Source: an uncultured Acidobacteriota bacterium (lineage in GTDB: Bacteria; Acidobacteriota; Thermoanaerobaculia; Multivoradales; UBA5704). Taken from it: a DNA stretch of 64,000 nucleotides. The stretch lies in NCBI GenBank assembly GCA_963770895.1, contig CAVYRF010000001.1, positions 1,664,001-1,728,000 of the forward strand, read 5' to 3'. Below, one piece after another: positions 39,072 through 51,811 of this stretch. A program made the position numbers and the translations under genes. Below the pieces are notes generated by a model. The model saw nothing but the letters and a program-made list of their open reading frames with translations. It did not search any database and was not told the origin of the DNA. How positions within the stretch are numbered: position 1 is the first letter of the stretch; the number at the start of each line of letters is the position of its first letter.

Positions 39072-39305
39072 ATGATGAAAAGCCTCGCGCAGTGCGATTG
39101 CGGCGGCCAACCGACAGCCAGAAGCCTGTCCTACCTGCGAGGACGGTGGTTTTGGGTGCAGTGCAGCCGTTGCCAGGCGCGCTCCAGCGACCGCACCACG
39201 CTCGACGAGGCGGTGACGGATTGGAATCAGCGCGGTAAGAGCAGCAAGAACACCGAGCGCGAACCGCGGGCGCCCCGCGCCAGCCGCGCCCGCCGCCAGG
39301 GGTAA
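39072..39305 (+). CDS. Lar (restriction-alleviation)-like zinc-ribbon protein
   Basis: CDCGG...VQCSRC...EAVTDWNQR. Confidence 0.6.
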   Translation: MMKSLAQCDCGGQPTARSLSYLRGRWFWVQCSRCQARSSDRTTLDEAVTDWNQRGKSSKNTEREPRAPRASRARRQG

Positions 39306-39315
39306 CTCCGGCGGC

Positions 39316-39480
39316 TAGTGTCCCGTCTCAGAAGTTCGCGGCATAAGTCGGCGAGTCATCCGCGCTCCTGGCCAGGCGCGCCGACGCAGGCATAGTCGAA
39401 CCTATGTCGAGGAGGCGCAACGCCGCCAGGGGCGTGGAGGGCCGTCGAATTATGATGGGAACTTCTGAGACGGGACACTA
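39316..39480. mobile_element. 165-bp TA-flanked inverted-repeat element (MITE/ERIC-like)
   Basis: Perfect 22-bp terminal IR TAGTGTCCCGTCTCAGAAGTTC; the interior is also self-complementary. Confidence 0.85.
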
Positions 39481-39535
39481 AGCGGCAGGCCGGAGCACGC
39501 CGGAGCGCTTGGCCCCGGCGTGCCTGACGTGAAGC

Positions 39536-40624
39536 CTACGGGCAGGGGAATGCCGCGACGTCGGTCACCGCCGGCGCCGGCGGTCCTGGATAGTTGAAGT
39601 AGCGCTTGGTTTCGCCGGACTGCACGTTGGTGACATCCAACTCATAGTAGAGGTTGGTGGTGGCGGCGCTGAACACCCACCACTGGTTGTCCACCGCGCA
39701 GCCGTTGAGGACCTTGACCAGGATCTCCCAGTCGTCCGCGTTAAAGAACCAGAATACGCCGGAGCCGGGGTTGCTGCTGGGAACGATGGTGGCGGCGCTC
39801 TGCGCGGTGCCCTGGGCGCCGACCCGGACCGAGGCGTTGACCGCGAACTTGCCGTTGAGGCAGAAGGTGCCGCCGCCCGAGCTGCCGCAGGTGGATTCGG
39901 CGGGCGGCCCCAGGATGGGCGGGATCTTGCCCTGGAAGGTGCCGTTGTGGCCGCCGACGGCGTCGGTGGCGACGAACATCGGCCAGACCGCCACCAGGCC
40001 GGCTTGCGCGGTGCGCACCGGCACGTTGATCGAAGCCTGGATCTCCGCCTGGGTGCGGGCTACGTTCCACAGCCGCACCTCGTTGATCGAGCCGTTGGGG
40101 CTGTAGGCCCAGCTGGCGTCGCCGCCGATCTCGACCGGCGCGCTGCTCAAGGAAAGCGGGCCGGTTTCGGAGAACGTGCCCACCAGCTCGCCGTTGATGT
40201 AGTGCTTGCGCGTCGAGCCGTCGGAGGTCACGGCGACGTGCGTCCACGCGCCGTCGGCCGGCAGCACGCCGGCGTCATGGTCGGAGCCGGCGCCGGTCGT
40301 ATACGAGCGCAGCAGGTTGCCGCAGACGCCCACCCAGTAAGCTTTCGTATAGTCCTTGCCGATGATGCTGCGGCAGCTCTCGGCGGCGAAGGGCAAGTTG
40401 ATCTGCACCCACGCCTCCAGCGTGATGCCGCTGGTCGGGTTGAGCGCCGCGTCGGCGGGAATCTCCAGGAAGCCGTTGTTGGCGTCGAGGGTGCCGTCGC
40501 CGATGAACTCGGTCCACAGGCCGAAGGGCTGGGCCGCCAGCGCGGCTGGAAAACACGACAGGACGACGAGCGCGGCGAGCCGCGGACGGCGCGTCGCTCG
40601 CCTGAAAAAGGCGCAGAGGTTCAT
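39536..40624 (-). CDS. Secreted LamG/concanavalin-like domain protein with C-terminal AFPCP domain
   Basis: ITLEAWV; WTHVAVT; YING; GSINEVRLWNVART. Confidence 0.85.
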   Translation of the reverse strand: MNLCAFFRRATRRPRLAALVVLSCFPAALAAQPFGLWTEFIGDGTLDANNGFLEIPADAALNPTSGITLEAWVQINLPFAAESCRSIIGKDYTKAYWVGVCGNLLRSYTTGAGSDHDAGVLPADGAWTHVAVTSDGSTRKHYINGELVGTFSETGPLSLSSAPVEIGGDASWAYSPNGSINEVRLWNVARTQAEIQASINVPVRTAQAGLVAVWPMFVATDAVGGHNGTFQGKIPPILGPPAESTCGSSGGGTFCLNGKFAVNASVRVGAQGTAQSAATIVPSSNPGSGVFWFFNADDWEILVKVLNGCAVDNQWWVFSAATTNLYYELDVTNVQSGETKRYFNYPGPPAPAVTDVAAFPCP

Positions 40625-40814
40625 GATCCATCTCCTCCAAGGTTTTTGGACGTTGGGGCGAAATATCGCTGTCTCACGATATCTCACCCGGTCCGATTTG
40701 TACCAATGGATCAGGCGCGCGACCCGCCCCGCGCGTTACGCCGTACACCTGTGCACCGTGAAGGAGCGCCGGGCGCCGGGTGCGGCGCCGCCGAGCGACC
40801 TGTGACCCGCGGCC

Positions 40815-41681
40815 TCAGACCGGGCCGGTCAGCTGCTCGGAGATCTCCCACAGGCGCGCCGCCGCGGCGTCGTCCTGCGCCTCGCGCGAGGGCGTGGCTT
40901 CGTGCGTGCCGTGGAAGTAGCGGCCGCTGACCGCGGCCGCCGCCGGCGAAGAGGCGAGATAGACCGGGCCTTCGGCGCCCTTTTCGGGCGTGCCGCCGAA
41001 CAGGTGAAAGAAGGCGCGCACCGGCAGGCTCATCCGGCGGTCGAGCTCGGTATGGACCAGGCCGGGATGGACGCAGTTGGCGACAGTGCCGCTGCCGGCC
41101 AGCCGCCGCGCCAGCTCGCGCGTGAACAGGATGTTGGCCAGCTTGGACTGGCTGTAGGCACGCATCGCGGTGTAGCCGTCTTTGAGCTGCAGGTCGTCCC
41201 AGCTCATGTGCGCGCGCCGGTGTGCCGCCGAGGACAGGGTGACGACGCGCGCCGGGCCGCTGTCGCGCATGCTGGGGAGCAGCAGGCGGGTGAGCAGGAA
41301 CGGCCCCAGGTGGTTGACGGCGAAGGTCGCCTCGTTGCCCTCGACCGTCGTCTGGCGCTCGGGGTTGACCACGCCGGCGTTGTTGATCAGCACGTGGACG
41401 TTCGGGTGGTTCTTGAGCAGCTGGCTGACGCCGCTGCGGATCGAGGCCATCACCGCCAGGTCCATGAACACCACGTCCGGCATCCTGCCGCCCGCCGCGC
41501 CGCCGACTTCGACCAGCGCGTAGCGCACGCGGTCGACGCTATGGGACAGAATGACGAGGTTGGCGCCGCGGCGCGCCAGCTCCATCGCCGTCGCCATGCC
41601 GATGCCGCTGGTGGCGCCTGAGATGACCACGGTACGCCCCGCCATGTCGCCCGTCGCCGCCGGTCGCTCCGCTTCGGTCAT
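40815..41681 (-). CDS. SDR oxidoreductase (retinol dehydrogenase-like)
   Basis: SGATSGIG; NNAG; YSQSK; VHPG. Confidence 0.92.
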   Translation of the reverse strand: MTEAERPAATGDMAGRTVVISGATSGIGMATAMELARRGANLVILSHSVDRVRYALVEVGGAAGGRMPDVVFMDLAVMASIRSGVSQLLKNHPNVHVLINNAGVVNPERQTTVEGNEATFAVNHLGPFLLTRLLLPSMRDSGPARVVTLSSAAHRRAHMSWDDLQLKDGYTAMRAYSQSKLANILFTRELARRLAGSGTVANCVHPGLVHTELDRRMSLPVRAFFHLFGGTPEKGAEGPVYLASSPAAAAVSGRYFHGTHEATPSREAQDDAAAARLWEISEQLTGPV

Positions 41682-42039
41682 GTCAGCGTTCTCCTGTCTC
41701 CCGGATCGCTTGGGCGCGATCGAGCGGCGGCAAGTCTAGCGGAAGAGACGCGCTACGAGGGCGGCATTCCTTGAGGTCCGGGCGGGACGCGCCGCGAGCA
41801 GCGGGCCGCCCGGCGGCACCGCCGGCACGCCCGCTGCGCACCCGTCCACCGCAGGTTGCGGCAGCGTCATCCAGCTGGGCCGTAAGCCGCGCCGCAGCCA
41901 GCCCGGTTGGCGGCCGAGGAACGCAACTGGTTGAATGGAAATGACTTGGCTAGGTACCGCGATCCGGCACGCGGGTTGCAAAATGGCATGGGAGAGGGAG
42001 CGACGACGGCTCCCACGGCGACCGAAGGAGGTTTCCATC

Positions 42040-42621
42040 ATGAGAGCACCCAGCAAACCCATACTCGGCTTAACCCTGGTCCTGACCCTGGCGCTGAGCG
42101 GCGGCGGCATGGCTGTCGCGGCGTCGAGCACCACGGAAGCCCGCCCCGACGAGTTCCAGGGCAACCTGGTCAACACCCTGCGCGGCGTGCGCCACGACCA
42201 GACGTTCACCCTGTCGGTCGACCGCTACGCGACTCCCGACGAGCTGAATCGCCTGGCCGACACGGTTTCCAGCAAGGGCGCGTTCACCGCCCGCGACCAG
42301 CTGTGGAAGGACACCTCGGGCTACCTGAGCATCGGCGGCGGGCTGGGCTATCCCGTCTCCGCCGTCACCTCGCAGGAGACGCCGACCGGGCGCATGATTC
42401 GCGTCATCGTCAACCGCCCGATGTCGCTGTTCGAGACGCAGTACTACACCCACACCTCCAAGTATCCCTTCACCGTCGTCGAGCTGAACCTGGACCGCAA
42501 CGGCCACGGTGACGGGCGCCTGATCGCCGCCGCCAAGCTGCAGGTCCACAACGGCGAGCTGGCCTTCGAAAGCTTCGGCGTGCAGCCCCTGGTGCTGATG
42601 GACGTGCAGGAGCACCGCTAG
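42040..42621 (+). CDS. Secreted hypothetical protein
   Basis: AAGGAGG RBS; signal peptide; strong GC3 coding bias. Confidence 0.75.
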   Translation: MRAPSKPILGLTLVLTLALSGGGMAVAASSTTEARPDEFQGNLVNTLRGVRHDQTFTLSVDRYATPDELNRLADTVSSKGAFTARDQLWKDTSGYLSIGGGLGYPVSAVTSQETPTGRMIRVIVNRPMSLFETQYYTHTSKYPFTVVELNLDRNGHGDGRLIAAAKLQVHNGELAFESFGVQPLVLMDVQEHR

Positions 42622-42743
42622 TGCCTCGTGGCACTAGGCCGTAACCCCGGCCCCCCCGGACCGCGGATATGATGGCCCGCCGGAGGCGCCCTGCCGGCGC
42701 CGCCGGCCGGCCGGCTCGCTCGCGAGCCAGGGGGAGCCCTCAG

Positions 42744-44417
42744 ATGGAAGCAGCAGGCAGCGCACCGCCGCATTCGGAAGCACTGGCGCCGCTCACCGAG
42801 CGGGCCGCCTGGAAGGATCTGCAGCAGCACGCGGCGGCGATGCGCGACGTCAACCTGCGCCAGCTCTTCGCCGCCGACGCGCAGCGCGGCGAGCGCCTGG
42901 CGCTCGAGGCCGCCGACATCTACCTCGACTATTCCAAGAACCGCATCACCGACCAGACCCTGCAGCTGCTGCTGCGGCTGGCCGACCAGTCGGGCCTGCG
43001 CCGGCGCATCGACGCCATGTTCGCCGGCGAGAAGATCAACGTCACCGAGCGGCGGGCGGTGCTGCACGTCGCCCTGCGCGCCCCGCGCGACGCCGACATC
43101 CGCGTGGACGGCGAAAACGTGGTGCCGGGCGTGCACCAGGTGCTCGACCGGATGGGCGACTTCGCCGCGCGGGTGCGCGACGGCCGCTTCACCGGCCACA
43201 CCGGCAAGCGCCTGCGCGCCGTGGTCAACATCGGCATCGGCGGCTCCGACCTGGGGCCGGTGATGGCGTACGAAGCGCTCAAGCATTACAGCCAGCGCGA
43301 CATGACGTTCCGTTTCGTGTCCAACGTCGACGGCACCGATTTCGTCGAAGCCACCCGCGACCTCGATCCCGAAGAGACGCTGTTCATCATCTCGTCGAAG
43401 ACCTTCACCACCCTGGAAACGATGACCAACGCGCAGACCGCCCGCGAGTGGGCGCTGGCGCGGCTGGGCGACGAAAAGGCGGTGGCGCGGCATTTCGTCG
43501 CGGTTTCGACCAACGCCTCCGGAGTGGCCAAGTTCGGCATCGACACCGACAACATGTTTGGATTCTGGGACTGGGTGGGCGGCCGTTATTCGATGGATTC
43601 GGCGATCGGCCTGTCCACCATGATCGCCGTCGGGCCGCAGGGCTTCCGCGCCATGCTCGACGGCTTCCACCAGATGGACGAGCACTTTCGCACCGCGCCG
43701 TTCGAGCGCAACATGCCCGTCCTGATGGGGTTGCTCAGCGTCTGGTACGGCAGCCTGTGCGGCGCGCAGACGGTGGCGGTGCTGCCCTACGATCAGTACT
43801 TGAAGCGCTTTCCGGCCTACCTGCAACAGCTCACCATGGAGAGCAACGGCAAGCGCGTCACCTGGGACGGCGCCGCGGTCTCCTACGAGACCGGCGCCAT
43901 CTTCTGGGGCGAACCGGGCACCAACGGCCAGCACTCGTTCTACCAGCTGATCCACCAGGGCACCAAGGTGATCCCCTGCGACTTCATCGCCTTCGGCCGT
44001 TCGCTCAACCCGGTCGGCCGCCATCACGACCTGCTGCTGGCCAACGTCCTGGCGCAGACCGAGGCCCTGGCCTTCGGCAAGACGGCGACCGAGGTGGCCG
44101 CCGAGGGGACGCCGGACTGGCTGGTGCCGCACCGGACGTTCCCCGGCAACCGGCCGTCGAACACGCTGCTGCTCCCGGAGCTGACGCCCGCGGCGCTGGG
44201 CAAGCTGGTCGCCCTGTACGAGCACAGCGTGTTCACCCAGGGCACCATCTGGGGGGTCGACTCCTTCGATCAGTTCGGGGTCGAGCTGGGCAAGGTGCTG
44301 GCCGGCAGGATCATTCCCGAGATCGCGGCGCCCCCGGACGCGGCGCCGGCGCACGACAGCTCCACCAACGCCCTGCTCCAGCGGGTGCGGCGCCTGCGCG
44401 CCGGCGGCGGGCTGTAA
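42744..44417 (+). CDS. pgi: Glucose-6-phosphate isomerase
   Basis: [11 protein letters not shown]; SSKTFTT; WVGGRYS; [10 protein letters not shown]; [10 protein letters not shown]. Confidence 0.97.
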   Translation: MEAAGSAPPHSEALAPLTERAAWKDLQQHAAAMRDVNLRQLFAADAQRGERLALEAADIYLDYSKNRITDQTLQLLLRLADQSGLRRRIDAMFAGEKINVTERRAVLHVALRAPRDADIRVDGENVVPGVHQVLDRMGDFAARVRDGRFTGHTGKRLRAVVNIGIGGSDLGPVMAYEALKHYSQRDMTFRFVSNVDGTDFVEATRDLDPEETLFIISSKTFTTLETMTNAQTAREWALARLGDEKAVARHFVAVSTNASGVAKFGIDTDNMFGFWDWVGGRYSMDSAIGLSTMIAVGPQGFRAMLDGFHQMDEHFRTAPFERNMPVLMGLLSVWYGSLCGAQTVAVLPYDQYLKRFPAYLQQLTMESNGKRVTWDGAAVSYETGAIFWGEPGTNGQHSFYQLIHQGTKVIPCDFIAFGRSLNPVGRHHDLLLANVLAQTEALAFGKTATEVAAEGTPDWLVPHRTFPGNRPSNTLLLPELTPAALGKLVALYEHSVFTQGTIWGVDSFDQFGVELGKVLAGRIIPEIAAPPDAAPAHDSSTNALLQRVRRLRAGGGL

Positions 44418-44520
44418 CCGATCGCGCGGCCATGGCGTCTTGCCTACACGGTGGCGCGGTCGCGGCCGTGCCGCCGTTTGGACTCATCCGCTTCGCCCTC
44501 ACGGAGGCAGCGTGTCAAGA

Positions 44521-46304
44521 GTGAAGACAGTCGTCGCGGCGATCCTGGTGATCGCGGCGGCCGTGGGCGGTTTTCTGTGGTGGCGGTCGCGCAGCCACCG
44601 GGCGCAATACGTGACCGCGGCGGTGACGCGCGGCACCATCCAGCGCAACATCGCCATGACCGGCGCCCTCAACCCGGTGGTGACGGTGCAGGTCGGCTCC
44701 TACGTGTCCGGCACCGTCAAGTCGCTGGGCTGCGACTTCAACACCGAGGTGGTGGTGGGCACGGTGTGCGCCACGATCGATCCGGTACCGTTCCAGCTGA
44801 TCGTCGACCAGGACAAGGCCGAAGTGGACACCGGCGTGGCGCAGGTCAGGAAGGACCGCGCCGCGCTGCTCTATGCCAAGACCGAATTCGAGCGCGATTC
44901 CAAGCTGCTGACCGAGGGCACGGTGTCGCAGGACACAGTGGACAACGACAAGAGCGTTCTCGACCAGGCGGTGGCGCAGGTCGGGCTTGACGAGGCGTCG
45001 ATCGCGGACAAGCAGGCGACGCTCAAGGCCGCCCAGGTGAACCTGGCCTACACCAACATCGTGTCGCCGGTCATCGGCACGGTGATCACGCGTTCGATCG
45101 ACGTCGGCCAGACGGTGGCGGCCAGCCTGCAGACGCCGACGCTCTTCCTCATCGGCAAGGATCTGACCAAGATGCAGGTGGACACCAACGTCGCCGAAGC
45201 GGACGTCGGCGACGTGCGCGTGGGGCAGGTCGGATATTTCAGCGTCCAGGCGTATCCGGGCAAGGTCTTCAGGGGCGCCGTGACGCAGATCCGGCGCGGG
45301 CCGATCACCGTCCAGAACGTCGTCACCTACGACGTCGTGATCGCCGTCGCCAACCCGCAGCGCCTGCTGTTTCCCGGCATGACGGCCGACACCCACATCG
45401 TCATCGACGAGCACGACAACGTGCTGCGGGTGCCGCTGCCGGCGGTGCGCTTCAATCCCGAAGGGATCGGCCACCGCCGCGGCGATCACGCGGGCGGCGC
45501 CCAGGATGCCGCCGGCGCGAGCGGTGCACCCGGCGCGGCGGCCGGCGGCGACGCCACGGCGTCCGCCGGTCCCGGCGGCGCCGGCGGCCCAGGCGAAGCG
45601 TCGGGCGGCGGCGAAGCCATGGGCACGGCGGGACCGCTGCCCGGAGCGCCGGGCGCGGGGTCCGGCCCCACCCGGACCGGCCAGGGGCGGCCGGGGGGAT
45701 GGGGACAGCATCGCCACCAGCGTGACGCCCAGGGCGGCGGCAGCGGCGGCGATGGTGGCAATGGCGCCACTGGCGCCGGTGGTGGCGGCAGCGGCGAAGC
45801 CGGCGCCGGCGGCCAGGGCAGCGGCGAGCAGCGCCCGCATCACCACCACCGTCCCGATGGCGCGGGTGGCGCCGGCGGTCCGGGCGGAACCGGTCCGGGC
45901 GGCGCCGGCGGTAACGGTGCCACCGGTGGCACCGGCGCTCAGCCGCAGACGGCGGTGGGCGGCGGCGGCGCAACGGCGGGACAGGGGACGGGCGCCGGCC
46001 AGGGCGGCGGCCCACGCCAGGGAGCCGGCCACGGCATGGGGCGGCAGGGCGGCCAGCGGCGCAGCCGGGTGTGGGTGCTGCAGGCGGACGGCACGCTGCG
46101 GCCGATCGACGTGGTGACCGGCCTCGACGACGGCCAGCTGATCGAGGTGTACTCCAAGGACCTGCACCCCGGCGACAAGGTGGTGATCAACGAGGCCAGC
46201 CAGGACGAACACCGGCGCGCTCCGGGCCAGGGCCAAGGTCAGGGCCAGGGACAGGGCGGTCAGAACCAGATGTTCCGCCAGGGAGCGGGCGGGCCGCCGC
46301 GGTT

Positions 46305-46308
<4 letters not shown>
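44521..46308 (+). CDS. MacA-like efflux periplasmic adaptor with long Gly-rich insertion
   Basis: VQVGSYVSG; GQTVAASLQTPTLF; VAEADVG; PGMTA. Confidence 0.88.
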
Positions 46309-48474
<2,166 letters not shown>

Positions 48475-48482
<8 letters not shown>

Positions 48483-50067
48483 GACAAACGCTGCCGCGCG
48501 CTTTGCGCTGGGCGCCCTGGCAGTCGGCCTGCCGCTCGCCCTGACCACCGGGTGCCTGGTGGGGCCCAATTTCACGCGGCCGGCCGAGCCCGGCGTGCAG
48601 AGCTACCTGCCGGCGGAATCGGCGGCGCCGCCGGGGACGCCGGTCGCCGGCCCGCAGACGCCCGAAAGCGCCGCCGTCGCGGCGCAGCACATCGCCCTGG
48701 GCGAGCAGATCCCGGCGCAGTGGTGGGGGCTCTTCCACAGCACGCGGCTGGACGCCACCTTGCGCCAGGCGATCGCCGCCAACTACACCCTGGTGTCGGC
48801 CAAGGCGACCCTGGCGGTGGCCGAAGAGGCGATCGTCGCGGCGCGCGGGGCGCTGCTGCCGCAGGCCAGCCTGGCGGCGGCCGGCCGGCGCGGCACCGGC
48901 ACCTTCAACACGGTGTCCAACCTCTTTTCGGTCGGTCCCAGCGCCAGCTATTCCATCGACGCCTTCGGCGGCACGCGGCGCCACGTCGAACAGGAGGCGG
49001 CGCTGGCCGACAACCAGCGCTACCAGCTGGCGGCGGCGTGGCTCACCCTCACCGGCAACACCGTCACCGAAGCGATCGCCGTGGCCTCGGCGCGCCTGCA
49101 GATCGCCACGGTGGAAGACCTGATCAAGAACGATCAAAAGAACCTCGACCTGACGCAGCGCGAATTCGACGCCGGCAAGGTGGCCAGGAGCGACGTGCTG
49201 ACCGCCGCCGCGCAGCTGGAAAACGACCGTACCCAGCTGCCGCCCCTGCACCAGCAGCTGAGCGTCGCCCGCCACGCCATGGCGGTGCTGGTCGGCAGGC
49301 CCGCGGGCGAATGGGCGCCGCCGGACTTCGACCTGGACGAGCTGACGCTGCCCGACAGCCTGCCGATCTCGCTGCCGTCCGAGCTGGTGCGCCAGCGCCC
49401 GGACATCCTGGCGGCGGAGGCCAACCTGCACGCCGACAGCGCGGCGATCGGCGTCGCCACGGCGCAGCTCTATCCGTCGATCACCCTTTCTGCCTCGCTG
49501 GTACAGCAGGCGCTGTCGCTCGCCACCCTGTTCAACGCGGCCAGCCGCACCTGGTCGGTGGGGGGCGCCGTCGACGCACCGCTCTACACCGGCGGCACCC
49601 TGCAGGCGCAGAAGCGCGCCGCGATCGACGTCTTCAACGCCCAGCTCGCCACCTACGAGCAGACCGTGCTGACCGCTTTCGACCAGGTGGCCGACGCCCT
49701 GTCGGCGCTCCAGCACGACGCCGAGCTGGTGGCCGTGTCGCGGCGCGCCGTCGACATCGCCAGCGCCTCGCTGCAGCTCCAGCGGTCCAGCTACGCCGCC
49801 GGCAAGACCAGCGCCCTGCAGCTCATCGCCGCTGAAGACACCTATTCGCAAGCCCGTCTGGGCTACGTGCGCGCCCTGGGCCAGCGCATGACCGACTCCG
49901 CCCAGCTGCTGATCGCCGCCGGCGGCGGCTGGTGGAACGACGCCGACCTGGCAGCCCAGGGCCGCTTCGCCGCCACCGCCAACCCGCCCGCCGCCGGAGC
50001 CGCCGCGGCGCCGGCTGGCTCCGCGGCACCGGCGCAGCCAGGCGCTCCCGCGCCGCCACCGACCTAG
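48475..50067 (+). CDS. NodT/TolC-family outer-membrane efflux lipoprotein
   Basis: LTTGCLVGPNF; LPSELVRQRPDILAAE; GGGWW. Confidence 0.9.
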
Positions 50068-51464
50068 CGATTTCCGGTCAACGCCTCCGTCAGGACGCGG
50101 CCTTCGACCTGGGGTCCCAGGTCGAGCCCCAGGATGCTGGCGATCGTCGGCGCCACGTCGAGCAGGCGCACCGCCGGGATGCGGGCGCCGGCGCGGATGC
50201 CCGGCCCGCGCAGTACCAGGCAGGCGAACAGCTCCGGCCGGTCCGGCGCGTGGCCGTGGGTGCCGCGCAGGGTGGTGGGGGAGACCACGGCACCCGTAAG
50301 GCCATCCGCAAAGGCAAACCCCGGCTGAGCGTCGAGCACCGCGTAGGCGCCGGGATAGCCGTGCAGGCGCTCCAGGTCGGCCCCGCGGTAGATGCGATGC
50401 ACGCCGTACTCGGGCAGGGCGCGCAGCAGGTCCAGCGCCCGGTCCACCGTGGCGGCGGTCGCCGGCGGCGCCGCCGGATTGAGATAGATCGCCGCCGCGC
50501 CGCCCTCGCTCCAGGGGTAGGCCGCCCAGGCGCTCAGCCGGCCCTGATCGCCGACGCTGAGCAGGCCGAAGGCGGCGAACAGCACCCCCAGGCGCACCTG
50601 CCGCTCGACCGGCAGAAAGCCGTGATCGGAAGTCAGGACGACGGTCGTTGTGCCGGCCAGTCCCGCGTCCTGGATCGCGGCCAGCAGCGTGCCCACGTGG
50701 CGGTCGTCCATCTCCAGCGCCGCCAGCGCTTCGCGGCTGTACGGCCCATACCGGTGCGACGAGGTGTCCAGGGCGATCAGGTGCACCGCCAGCAGCTGCG
50801 GCCGGTGTTGCAGGAACGCGACGCCCAGCCGGGTGCGCAGCGCGTCCAGCTCGGTATCGTCGCCGGCCCCCAGGATCGCCTCGGGCGTGCCGATCAGCGT
50901 CCGCGCCTCGGGCGAGGAGAAGCGCAGCATCAGCCGTGCGTCCTTGATCGTCCCGGCATCAAAATCCGGAAAGTTGAAATCGATCGGCCCGCCGGCGCTC
51001 ACCGGCCACCACACCGCCCCGCTGGTGCCGCCCTTGGCGCGCACCGCGTCGAACAGCGTCGGCACCTGGATGTCGTCGTAAAACATGTGCGACCCCTGGC
51101 CGCGCATCTGCCCCGGATCGAGCGGGTCCACGATGCCGTTGCCGGTGATGCCGTGCCGGGTGGGATACACCCCGGTGATCATCGTGGTATGCGCCGGATA
51201 AGTGACCGAAGGCATCACCGAAACCGCCGCCTCGGCCGTGGTCCCCTCGCGCTGCAACCGCCGCAGGTTGGGAATCGCCAGCCCCAGCTCGTCCGCCCGC
51301 GCCAGGTACCGCGCCGCCATCGCATCGATCGAGATCAGCACCACCCGCTGCCGGCCGTGCCAAGCCGCCGGCGCGCCGCGGGGAGCCGCATCCTGCGCCC
51401 CGGCCAGTACGGCGCCCAACAGGCAGCAGAGCACTACCAAGGACCACCGAGCAGTTCGGTTCAT
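50064..51464 (-). CDS. Nucleotide pyrophosphatase/phosphodiesterase (alkaline phosphatase superfamily)
   Basis: LISID; PSVTYPAHTTMITG; TSDHGF; GTHG. Confidence 0.9.
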   Translation of the reverse strand: MNRTARWSLVVLCCLLGAVLAGAQDAAPRGAPAAWHGRQRVVLISIDAMAARYLARADELGLAIPNLRRLQREGTTAEAAVSVMPSVTYPAHTTMITGVYPTRHGITGNGIVDPLDPGQMRGQGSHMFYDDIQVPTLFDAVRAKGGTSGAVWWPVSAGGPIDFNFPDFDAGTIKDARLMLRFSSPEARTLIGTPEAILGAGDDTELDALRTRLGVAFLQHRPQLLAVHLIALDTSSHRYGPYSREALAALEMDDRHVGTLLAAIQDAGLAGTTTVVLTSDHGFLPVERQVRLGVLFAAFGLLSVGDQGRLSAWAAYPWSEGGAAAIYLNPAAPPATAATVDRALDLLRALPEYGVHRIYRGADLERLHGYPGAYAVLDAQPGFAFADGLTGAVVSPTTLRGTHGHAPDRPELFACLVLRGPGIRAGARIPAVRLLDVAPTIASILGLDLGPQVEGRVLTEALTGNR

Positions 51465-51638
51465 GCCGCGATGATCTCACGCCAAAGCATCCCACTGCGG
51501 GCCACAGCACCGCTCACGACAAGCCGATCACCCGCCCGCTCCCCGACCCCGGATTCCCGCCTGTCCTAGCCGATCGCTCCGCCTGATGGGGCGGGTTGAC
51601 AATCTGTATCAAATTGGTTCAGTATAGGTTTCGGAAGT

Positions 51639-51653
51639 TGAGACTAAGTCTCA
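51639..51653. promoter_or_regulatory. Fur-family-like operator palindrome
   Basis: TGAGACTAAGTCTCA in the AT-rich leader of a TonB receptor; TTGACA at 51596. Confidence 0.55.
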
Positions 51654-51811
51654 TTAAGTGGAAATCGATTGCAACTGCGCCTTCCAGGGGGGAGGCGTCG
51701 TATCGCGCGAGGCGGCGGTCCGGCCGAGACTTGGGGAAGGCTCCACGGATCTGCCGCCTGAGTGTGGACCCGCCGCGGCTTGTGCCCGGCACTTACTACG
51801 GGGCGGTTTGC

